Made by a program: the position numbers and the translations under genes. From IMG/VR virus record IMGVR_UViG_3300022923_000063, positions 1 to 31,747 of that record: a DNA stretch of 31,747 bases. One strand, 5' to 3'. How positions within the stretch are numbered: the first letter of the stretch is position 1; each line of letters begins with the position of its first letter. A model generated the notes under the pieces. The model had not been told where the DNA came from. It was given only the letters and a program-made list of their open reading frames with translations, and did not search any database. The stretch is from a virus. Taxonomy: Duplodnaviria; Caudoviricetes. Shown here piece after piece: positions 18,263-25,604 of the stretch.

Positions 18263-18319
18263 ATTTATATTTCTTTATTTAGTCCAATATACTAAAAAAA
18301 ATTGAGACTAAAAAATTAT

Positions 18320-19276
18320 TTACGAGTTAATTATACTTTGTATTTCATACACACAACTCAACATTGTAATTACAGGATCGATAACATGAACTCGTTGAGC
18401 TTGATGCTTAGCGACAGTTATAATAACTTGAGGTATATGTTTTATATATTGTCCTTTCTCTTGTTGAATGTATTCAATAAATTCTTCACCTAGAGTTTGT
18501 AATACATCATCAACTCGATTGGCATAATTACCAACAAGCGTTTGATAATTTTTAGCTGGATCTGTTTCATTAAATACCAGATCAAATACATCTTTGTATA
18601 CTGAATTGAATTTCTTTACATCTTCTGCTGTAATATTCGATGTGCCTTGTGTTTTGTAACCTTGTAATTTATTAAGTGTAGTTCTAAGATCTGGAAAGTT
18701 TCTTTTAACAAATTCAACCAAAGCTGGTTTTTCAATTGTCATTCCTTCTTTACCACAAATCTCATATACTCTTTTAATGTACTTCTTTGTTAATTCAGTT
18801 TCTTCTGCTTTATCAAAGTCGAAATCAATAACTTCAAATCTTGAAAGGATTGGATCTGGTAGTTTATTAATGTAATTACAGGTAGCAATGAAACGACTAT
18901 TGCTTGCAAATGTTTCCATAGTAGCACGAAGTGCCTTAAAGAATTGATCTGATACACCATCAACCTCATCGAGAATAACTACTTTAAACATTCCGGGTGC
19001 ATCCATAATAGAAACAGTAGAACAAAAATCTGTAATTCGAGTTCTAATTACATCAACAGACGTGTCAGTCGATGCATTGATGTATAAATATGGTAATTTA
19101 AATTGTTGAACGATTGCCTTTGCACATGAGGTTTTACCTGTACCCGGTGAACCTGCGAACAACATGTTTTGAACTAAACCATCTTTAAACTTTGACATTA
19201 CTCTCTCTGGTAATATAAGTTCTTCTAGATTAGATGGTCTGTATTTCTCTGTAAAGAGTTGGTTTATTGAATTCAT
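18320..19276 (-). CDS. clamp loader AAA+ subunit (T4 gp44 / RFC-like)
   Basis: EKYRP, GSPGTGKTS, INAS, VILDEVD, ALR..ME, TCNY, SRF, FPDLR. Confidence 0.95.
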   Translation of the reverse strand: MNSINQLFTEKYRPSNLEELILPERVMSKFKDGLVQNMLFAGSPGTGKTSCAKAIVQQFKLPYLYINASTDTSVDVIRTRITDFCSTVSIMDAPGMFKVVILDEVDGVSDQFFKALRATMETFASNSRFIATCNYINKLPDPILSRFEVIDFDFDKAEETELTKKYIKRVYEICGKEGMTIEKPALVEFVKRNFPDLRTTLNKLQGYKTQGTSNITAEDVKKFNSVYKDVFDLVFNETDPAKNYQTLVGNYANRVDDVLQTLGEEFIEYIQQEKGQYIKHIPQVIITVAKHQAQRVHVIDPVITMLSCVYEIQSIINS

Positions 19277-19295
19277 GTATCTAATATATTTACTA

Positions 19296-19324
19296 ATTAT
19301 ACCATCAAGCGCTAAAAGGTTTCA
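19296..19324 (-). promoter_or_regulatory. pre-late promoter TGAAAC-N17-TATAAT
   Basis: Upstream of gp44. Confidence 0.7.
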
Positions 19325-19326
19325 AT

Positions 19327-19334
19327 GATAAATA
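19327..19334 (+). promoter_or_regulatory. late promoter variant GATAAATA on the plus strand
   Basis: 6 nt before the ATG of the only credible plus-strand gene. Confidence 0.55.
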
Positions 19335-19340
19335 TATTAA

Positions 19341-19850
19341 ATGGCAAGATCATACTCACATATTAATATCACCCGCACTGCTGGTCCTAATCCACGTAAT
19401 AGATACGGTATTATACTTGCACCGTTAACTAAGTTCTTCAGACAGTTCCTGGTAGAACATAGACATATAAAGAGATGGTCTAATGATGATCAATTCGTAC
19501 ACTGTGTACTTAGAATGCAAAAACCACCAGTTAAGAACGTTACATTACTAAAAAAATATTGGGATAATACTACTCAATCTATGGTAGATAAAGAGACTCT
19601 ACATCAAAATTGTAATATAGTAGATTGGCAGTGCGCTGTGAGTTTGAAACCAATTAAAGCTAAATTTATGAACTTTGATTTGGAAAACTTTGTTCACCCT
19701 GAATATCATGATGTTTTAAAAGCACCAATGATAGATAGCCGCATCCTCAAAAGTTCAATTGAGTTTCGCAAGGAATGTAAAAAACTCCTGCTCAATGAGA
19801 GACAGGAGTTTCTTAAACTTGCAAAGAAGAACGCTAAGCGTCGTCTTTAA
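19341..19850 (+). CDS. basic hypothetical protein (169 aa), lone plus-strand gene
   Basis: Fills the gap between two minus-strand genes without overlap, stop is 2 nt from the convergent stop at 19853, has its own promoter-like box. Confidence 0.75.
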   Translation: MARSYSHINITRTAGPNPRNRYGIILAPLTKFFRQFLVEHRHIKRWSNDDQFVHCVLRMQKPPVKNVTLLKKYWDNTTQSMVDKETLHQNCNIVDWQCAVSLKPIKAKFMNFDLENFVHPEYHDVLKAPMIDSRILKSSIEFRKECKKLLLNERQEFLKLAKKNAKRRL

Positions 19851-19852
19851 TA

Positions 19853-21463
19853 TTACATTAATGCTTTGAATCTGTCAGCAATTGACATGCTCTCATCTAA
19901 TTTAATAGTCTTAGGCATTTCTTCTTTTACTGATTCTTCAATCCAATAACCACCCTCTTCTGGACCGCTAGTGATATCCTGATCATGTCCTGAGATTGCG
20001 GCTAACTTTAAGATAGCTGATTTATCACCAGAGTAATTTAACTCATCATAACCGTCTCCGAATGGATCTTTATCTACAGATACCTTAACGCCTAATTTTT
20101 TAGCTTGTTGTTTTAGGTATCCATAATCGTCTTCGTCTGCATCATATGCCATTAAACCGTTTAATGATGCTTCAACTAATGACGCTTCAAATGATAAATC
20201 TATTTCCAAGCCTTCTTCAGTTACCCCGCCTGATACTTGTACTGGTTTTAGAGCTGCAGTATTTTTAGCAGCTTCCAATTTTCCTTCAAGGTCTTTAGTA
20301 TCTTCGCCTTTAGCCTTAGCCACCGCGATTTTTGCAGTAAATAATGTTATATCTGCCTTAGCTTTATCTTGCTTACTTGCATCTTCTGGTAATTTGTCTT
20401 TGGCTTCTTGTGCCTTAGTTACAGCTGCATCTAATTTCTCTGTATCAGTTTCAGGGGTTTTATCAGCAGCAGCTTTGTCAGCAGCAGCTTTGTCAGCAGC
20501 AGCTTTGTCAGCAGTAGCTTTGTCAGCAGCAGCTTTGTCAGCAGCAGCTTTGTCAGCAGTAGCTTTGTCAGCAGCGGCTTTGTCAGCAGCGGCTTTGTCA
20601 GCAGCGGCTTTGTCAGCAGCAGCTTTGTCAGCAGCAGCTTTGTCAGCAGTAGCTTTGTCAGCAGCAGCTTTGTCATCTCCTCCTAAACCTGATAATTGAT
20701 TTTTACTAGCTGCATTATCTTCGTCGCCTGAGTTGTCGTCAGTTGATTTCTCAGCTGGTTCTTGCTTTTTAGCATAATCCTTAAGAGATTTTTCATCGGC
20801 TGCGATTCTATCTGATAAAGTGTCGATTTGTAATTTAAGTTGTTTTGCCTCTTCACCTGAAGTTGCTTTCATTACTATTTGAGCCGCAGCTAATTTAGAT
20901 TTAGTTTTTCCGATAGAAACTACTTTACCTAAGCCTTCATCTCCGCTTGACAATTCAGTCATTCTCTCTGAAATAGCAGATAATTGATCATCTAACGCTT
21001 TGTTTTTAGCTTGATTAGCTTGTTTCAAAGTTTCCATTCTCTTTTTATCTTTCTCGTCAGCGTCTCCGACTTGTTTCTTCTTAGCGAAATCGACATCGTT
21101 AATGGCCTTTTGTACTAGAGCCTTTTGATATGCTTTAAGATTTTTCTTAATCTTCATGAATTTAATAGGACTCTTAATAAAATCTAATATGCCTTCATTA
21201 AGTTCTGAAACATTTGTTAAGTCAAATAACTCTTCATATAGTTCGTCTATTTCTAAATCGATAGAAGCAGATTCTCCGATTCTATCTGATAATTCTGCCA
21301 ATGTGTCCAGTATAGTATCTACATCTCTGATTACTTCTGTTCTAATAGCATCAGATGCATTGGTAGCATCTACTGTTACTTGATCAACCGATACACTATC
21401 GATAGATTCTTTAGATTCATTTACGAATTCTTCGTAAAGTTTTAATTTAGATTTTAATTTCAT
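19853..21463 (-). CDS. putative internal head protein with AADKA repeat linker (536 aa)
   Basis: Directly after the capsid gene with its own late box. N-terminus KLYEEFVNE resembles the T4 capsid-targeting sequence. Lys/Ala/Asp/Glu-rich and helical. Confidence 0.6.
   Translation of the reverse strand: MKLKSKLKLYEEFVNESKESIDSVSVDQVTVDATNASDAIRTEVIRDVDTILDTLAELSDRIGESASIDLEIDELYEELFDLTNVSELNEGILDFIKSPIKFMKIKKNLKAYQKALVQKAINDVDFAKKKQVGDADEKDKKRMETLKQANQAKNKALDDQLSAISERMTELSSGDEGLGKVVSIGKTKSKLAAAQIVMKATSGEEAKQLKLQIDTLSDRIAADEKSLKDYAKKQEPAEKSTDDNSGDEDNAASKNQLSGLGGDDKAAADKATADKAAADKAAADKAAADKAAADKAAADKATADKAAADKAAADKATADKAAADKAAADKAAADKTPETDTEKLDAAVTKAQEAKDKLPEDASKQDKAKADITLFTAKIAVAKAKGEDTKDLEGKLEAAKNTAALKPVQVSGGVTEEGLEIDLSFEASLVEASLNGLMAYDADEDDYGYLKQQAKKLGVKVSVDKDPFGDGYDELNYSGDKSAILKLAAISGHDQDITSGPEEGGYWIEESVKEEMPKTIKLDESMSIADRFKALM
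20459..20668 (-). repeat. 14 x 15-nt coding tandem repeat (A[A/T]ADK)
   Basis: Plus-strand unit TTTGTCAGCAGCAGC with few variants (3 ATADK units). Confidence 0.97.
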
Positions 21464-21505
21464 AATATTTGTTTGTTTAATTTATCTATTGTGATGTTAT
21501 TATAT

Positions 21506-21513
21506 TATATATC
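21506..21513 (-). promoter_or_regulatory. late promoter box GATATATA
   Basis: Between the capsid terminator and the 536-aa gene. Confidence 0.7.
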
Positions 21514-21539
21514 CCCTTTAAATTTAAAACTTTTTAAAC

Positions 21540-21568
21540 AAAAAAAAGGTCACCCGAAGGTGACCTTT
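21540..21568 (-). terminator. intrinsic terminator with C(UUCG)G tetraloop after the capsid gene
   Basis: AAAGGTCACC-TTCG-GGTGACC followed by 8 T. UUCG loops are typical of T4-type terminators. Confidence 0.92.
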
Positions 21569-21592
21569 CATATTAACTATTCTAGTTTAAGA

Positions 21593-22963
21593 TTATAGTT
21601 GTAAACCTGAAACTGTGAATTTTTGGTATTGAGTACCTGGGTGGAAACCAGCTTCAACTAGAGCGTATCTAGATTTAACCGCTACTTTAGGAGCCATAGT
21701 TCCTTCAGCGATCATTTGAACTGATTCAGCCATTAAGTAAGGCATGAATACTAATCCAGCACCGTTACCATCACCTTTTCTACCAACTAATACTTGTTGT
21801 GTAGCACCTTCCCACTCTAAGTTAGGATCAGTGTAGATGTTGATACCCGCAACAGAACCTAATGGGTAGATAGCACCTGCAACTTGGTTGAAAGTGTTAG
21901 CCATTGGGTTTGGTACGAAACCAGCAACTGATTGCAATGCAGAAGCAACTTTTGCTCCAACAACTGCGAAGTTACCAGCACCTCTTCTACCTCTGTTTGC
22001 GATTAAGTTCGCAGCAGCAAGAATGTTAGTTAAGACTCTTCTGTTAACATCGCCGTAAGTGTTACCACCTTCACTGTATGTTAATGCAACTGTAGAGATA
22101 CCTTCTTCAGCGATCTCTCTCATCTTAGCTAAGATGTGGTTGTTGATTGACTGAGTCAATTCGTTAGTTAATACAGCCTCAACTTGAGCTACTGCGTCAA
22201 CACCGAATTGCTTAAGATCTTGTACTTGCTCTCTAGTAACTGCAGCAGCAACTTGGAAAGTTTCAGCAGCAACTGATTTAGAGAATAAAGAAAGACCCAT
22301 TACTTTATCAGCAGTTCTTTCACCAACTTCTCTTGACATTGGCTTACCATCAGCGTCAGCACCAGAGAATCCTGGGATATGATCTTCTAATGCAGCAACC
22401 AATACAGCGTCAGCGTATCTACCTGCGATGTTAGCTTCAGCTTCAGTGATAGCGGCAACGATTTTGATGATGTTTTTACCATCAATTCTTGAAGTACCAA
22501 CTAATACGTCAGGAGCAATTGCAGCGTCATCAGACTTGATGTAAGTAGGAGCAGTTGCACCTAATGCAACAGTACCACCTTCGTAAGTAAAGTCTAAGTA
22601 AGACAATAAGCCCATAGGACCTGCCATAGGTACAACTGGTACCAAGTCAAGACCGATAGTTTGAGCAGCAACTTGCATTGCCAAAGGCAATAATGTTGGT
22701 GCTTTGTCACCTGAACCAGTAGCTGCACCTGCTGCACCGTTAGCCGGAGCACCTGCAGGGAAAGATACTGCACCCATACCTGTAAGGTTCATTGGGCCAG
22801 GGTTGTTAGTTAAAGACATGATGTTCGCGTCTTCGTAAAGTTTGTGGTTGTGACAGTAAGTCGACATCCACGCTAATTTGCTAGATTCGTTGATACCTGT
22901 AGCTTCCGAGATAATCGGTGCCCATGTATTCTTGATCTCAGCTTCGTTTAATAAATTTGCCAT
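21593..22963 (-). CDS. major capsid protein (T4 gp23-like)
   Basis: W.PI at the N-terminus, DLVPVVPMAGPMG, T.EQ.QDLK, NEL..SIN, IANRGRRGAGNF.V, G.VFMPY, PK...KSRYAL. Confidence 0.95.
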   Translation of the reverse strand: MANLLNEAEIKNTWAPIISEATGINESSKLAWMSTYCHNHKLYEDANIMSLTNNPGPMNLTGMGAVSFPAGAPANGAAGAATGSGDKAPTLLPLAMQVAAQTIGLDLVPVVPMAGPMGLLSYLDFTYEGGTVALGATAPTYIKSDDAAIAPDVLVGTSRIDGKNIIKIVAAITEAEANIAGRYADAVLVAALEDHIPGFSGADADGKPMSREVGERTADKVMGLSLFSKSVAAETFQVAAAVTREQVQDLKQFGVDAVAQVEAVLTNELTQSINNHILAKMREIAEEGISTVALTYSEGGNTYGDVNRRVLTNILAAANLIANRGRRGAGNFAVVGAKVASALQSVAGFVPNPMANTFNQVAGAIYPLGSVAGINIYTDPNLEWEGATQQVLVGRKGDGNGAGLVFMPYLMAESVQMIAEGTMAPKVAVKSRYALVEAGFHPGTQYQKFTVSGLQL

Positions 22964-23010
22964 TTTTAATGATCGTTTTTTTTGTTTATTAATTGTGTTT
23001 AGTTAAAAAC

Positions 23011-23054
23011 TCGACATTTAATGGGTTTTCTGCTTCTGTCACCCTTATCGTCGA
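23011..23054 (-). promoter_or_regulatory. structured element in the capsid 5' leader
   Basis: TCGAC gataa GGGT gacagaagcagaaa ACCC attaaat GTCGA: nested stems in a locally GC-richer island of a 99-nt AT-rich spacer. Confidence 0.45.
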
Positions 23055-23062
23055 TTGTTATT

Positions 23063-23070
23063 TATATATC
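23063..23070 (-). promoter_or_regulatory. late promoter box GATATATA
   Basis: Upstream of the capsid gene. Confidence 0.75.
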
Positions 23071-23084
23071 AGTATTCTTTTTGA

Positions 23085-25181
23085 TTATTTGTTAAATCTC
23101 TTTTTGAATGCATCTGCCATATCTGATACGTCATATCCTAATGTAGATTTAGCTTCTTCTTTAGATTCTGTAACCATTGCTACTTTTTCCATTACAACTG
23201 AAGTATCTCTTAGATCTCTAGTTTGCCAGAAATTAGCAACTTGATATTCTGTATTCAATGTATGATATTTAGATTGAGCAATAATTTGAGTCTGCTTAGC
23301 TTCTGATAAGTTTGCCCATGCTTCAGTATATTCTGCTGGCATTGCACTAATAAAGAACGGTTGTTCACCTGCACTCTCTACAATTAGTTGTGCGCTATTC
23401 ATTAATGATACTATTTCAGATTCTGTCATGAAACCTCTTTTAGAAACAGTATTTCTAACTTCAGTTTTAGCAGCTTCGTTTAATGTGTTGTATTTTTCTC
23501 TAGTTGCAGAAGAAACAACTCTAAAGAAAGATGGAGATTCATTTTCTTTTCTTGTTGCACTTTCAACTAAAGCGTCTAATTTAGAAGAGATTTCTGATTT
23601 ATAAGCTTCTAATGGATCATGTGCTCCATCTTCGCCTTCTGCTTCTTCGTCTGATTCACCAGCTTCAGCCGCATCAACCTCATCTTCTACTTCTGAATCT
23701 GAAGTTACTGCATCAGATTCTAAATCTTCTGCTTCTTCACCAGCTTCTTCACCTTCGACATCGCCTTCTTCTGAATTATCTCCAGCTTCAACTTCTTCAC
23801 CTTCGATTTCTTCAACTTCTTTACCAGCTTCATCGCTATCTGCAGCAACTGCGCCTTCTTCTGAATTATCTCCAATGTTTTCGATTTCTTCAGTTTCTTC
23901 AGCTTCGTCAGCTTCTTTAGCAGGATCTTCAGCTTCTTCAACTTCTTCACCTTCTTCTTCAACTACTACTTCTGCAGCTTCTTCGCCTTCTACTTTATCA
24001 GCAGCTTCGACGTCTTCTTCTTTTTCTTCTTCAGCTTCAACGTTAACTTCAACTTCAACTTCTTCAGATTCAACTGTTTCGTTTAAAGATTCTGCAATGT
24101 ATTCAGCATATTCAGAAACTGATTGTAAGTTTTCTTTTAGGTATTCAACATACTCTAATAAAGTTGTATGTGATGTAGCTCCTTCGTTATGTGCTTCAGC
24201 TAAATAGTTAGCGAAATCTTTAACTTTAGAAACTGCTTCAGCAACATGTTCTGTATAAGAGATACCTTGATCTAATTTCTCAGCCAAAGACTCAGAATAA
24301 GAGATACCTTGATCTGCTTTTTCAGCAACATGCTCTGTGTATTGAATAGATTCATCTAATTTACCAGCAACATACTCAACGTAGTTAGTTAATTTATTAA
24401 CATTTTCTACAATATGATCATTGTGCTCTTTTAGATTTTCTAATGTGTTGTCTTCAGAAACTTCAGCATCTTTAGCTTCAATAGACTCCTTTAATGTCTT
24501 GATTTCATTCGCTAAATACTCAGAGTACTTATTGAAATCCTCAGATTTTACAAATTCTGCCATGTTTTTATTTTCTTTTATTTCTATGTTTGTATTTTGA
24601 TTTTCAATGTTTTCTTCATTAGAGTTTGTTTTATTAATCTCGTAAATAGACAATAAACCATCATTGTCGTAACCATAAGATTCGTTAACTCTTTTTAGTT
24701 CAGCGTTTTCAAAACCTGGATCAGCGACTAGATCATACGTAAATAATTGTTTGATCTTCACTTGTCCATTAGATTCTACGGCACCCGCTGCTCTAGATGA
24801 AATTTGTAAAGGAACACCAGCATCTACTAAAGCCTTAGCTTGACGACCAGCATCAGTATCTAATAATTTGATACGTCCTCTTACTTCTTTACTCTCTTTG
24901 TCGTAAGTTAGTTCTTCAATGATATGTGATACATTCTTTAAAGAAATGTCGAACTGCGCAGGGTGATCTAATTCACCCAATAATTTGCTAGCTCCAATTT
25001 TTGCCTGTAATGCTTCAATTTGAGGAACATATTCAGATTCGGTATAGATACGATTGTTTCTATTTTTTTGATCAATTTGACCAAAAACACCTTCTAGAAT
25101 ATAATCTTTATTCTCTGATGTAGTAACATTCAGAGCGGATGAAGACATCTCGACGATTAATAAATCGTTAATATTATTCAT
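23085..25181 (-). CDS. prohead protease (gp21-like) fused to scaffold/core protein (gp22-like)
   Basis: N-terminal LEG.F....KNRNNRIY, LGELDHP (His), VSH, ISSRAAG (Ser), YDLVADPGF. Followed by about 500 aa of acidic coiled coil. Confidence 0.92.
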   Translation of the reverse strand: MNNINDLLIVEMSSSALNVTTSENKDYILEGVFGQIDQKNRNNRIYTESEYVPQIEALQAKIGASKLLGELDHPAQFDISLKNVSHIIEELTYDKESKEVRGRIKLLDTDAGRQAKALVDAGVPLQISSRAAGAVESNGQVKIKQLFTYDLVADPGFENAELKRVNESYGYDNDGLLSIYEINKTNSNEENIENQNTNIEIKENKNMAEFVKSEDFNKYSEYLANEIKTLKESIEAKDAEVSEDNTLENLKEHNDHIVENVNKLTNYVEYVAGKLDESIQYTEHVAEKADQGISYSESLAEKLDQGISYTEHVAEAVSKVKDFANYLAEAHNEGATSHTTLLEYVEYLKENLQSVSEYAEYIAESLNETVESEEVEVEVNVEAEEEKEEDVEAADKVEGEEAAEVVVEEEGEEVEEAEDPAKEADEAEETEEIENIGDNSEEGAVAADSDEAGKEVEEIEGEEVEAGDNSEEGDVEGEEAGEEAEDLESDAVTSDSEVEDEVDAAEAGESDEEAEGEDGAHDPLEAYKSEISSKLDALVESATRKENESPSFFRVVSSATREKYNTLNEAAKTEVRNTVSKRGFMTESEIVSLMNSAQLIVESAGEQPFFISAMPAEYTEAWANLSEAKQTQIIAQSKYHTLNTEYQVANFWQTRDLRDTSVVMEKVAMVTESKEEAKSTLGYDVSDMADAFKKRFNK
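24190..24390 (-). repeat. 14-aa periodic repeat in the scaffold domain
   Basis: EYVAGKLDESIQYT / EHVAEKADQGISYS / ESLAEKLDQGISYT / EHVAEAVSKVKDFA. End points approximate. Confidence 0.75.
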
Positions 25182-25205
25182 AATATTTTATTTTTCTATT
25201 TTTAA

Positions 25206-25213
25206 TATATATC
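25206..25213 (-). promoter_or_regulatory. late promoter box GATATATA
   Basis: Upstream of the protease gene. Confidence 0.7.
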
Positions 25214-25237
25214 ATACTTTATTATTGAAATATCTTA

Positions 25238-25576
25238 TTACATTCCAGCCAGAGGATCATCGCCGCCTTCTGCGCCTTCTTCTTCCTCTTTTTCAGCCTC
25301 TTTTTCAGCCTCTAAATCTTCAGCTTGCTTATCGTTATAGATCTTTACTAATTGATCTATCTCACCTTCTCCAAAGGCAGCTTCTCCGTAATTGTCATAG
25401 AAATATTGCTTAAACTCTTCATCAGTCATAGATGCTGTAATGGCACCTAAAATTTCAGCAGCTTTAATAGTTGAACCTGAATCCAAAGTAATATCGTCGA
25501 TAATTACTTTAGAATCTTCACCAGCTCTCAGTGCTTCTTCAGAGATAAAGTCTTCAAATGTTTTAATAATTTTCAT
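25238..25576 (-). CDS. small acidic prohead core / internal protein (gp67/gp68 position)
   Basis: Between portal and protease, acidic, starts MKIIKTFEDFISE (capsid-targeting-like). Confidence 0.65.
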   Translation of the reverse strand: MKIIKTFEDFISEEALRAGEDSKVIIDDITLDSGSTIKAAEILGAITASMTDEEFKQYFYDNYGEAAFGEGEIDQLVKIYNDKQAEDLEAEKEAEKEEEEGAEGGDDPLAGM

Positions 25577-25580
25577 AATT

Positions 25581-25588
25581 TATATATC
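25581..25588 (-). promoter_or_regulatory. late promoter box GATATATA
   Basis: Only 4 nt before the ATG at 25576. Confidence 0.65.
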
Positions 25589-25604
25589 TTTTTTATCTTT
25601 ATTT

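Noticed and set aside
18262-18310. Exact T4 late box TATAAATA and a T-tract/GTATATT element upstream of rnh
   Set aside because: TATAAATA overlaps the ATG, so it cannot sensibly drive the gene. The other element occurs once and cannot be supported as a promoter class.
20394-20699. ORFs encoding (SAAAL)n and (TKLLL)n, and possible CRISPR-like appearance
   Set aside because: Alternative frames of the 15-nt coding repeat. Units are contiguous with no unique spacers, so not a CRISPR array.
23612-24207. Lys-rich, Leu/Gln-rich and Ser-rich overlapping ORFs
   Set aside because: By-products of GAA/GCT-rich low-complexity sequence in the acidic scaffold tract.
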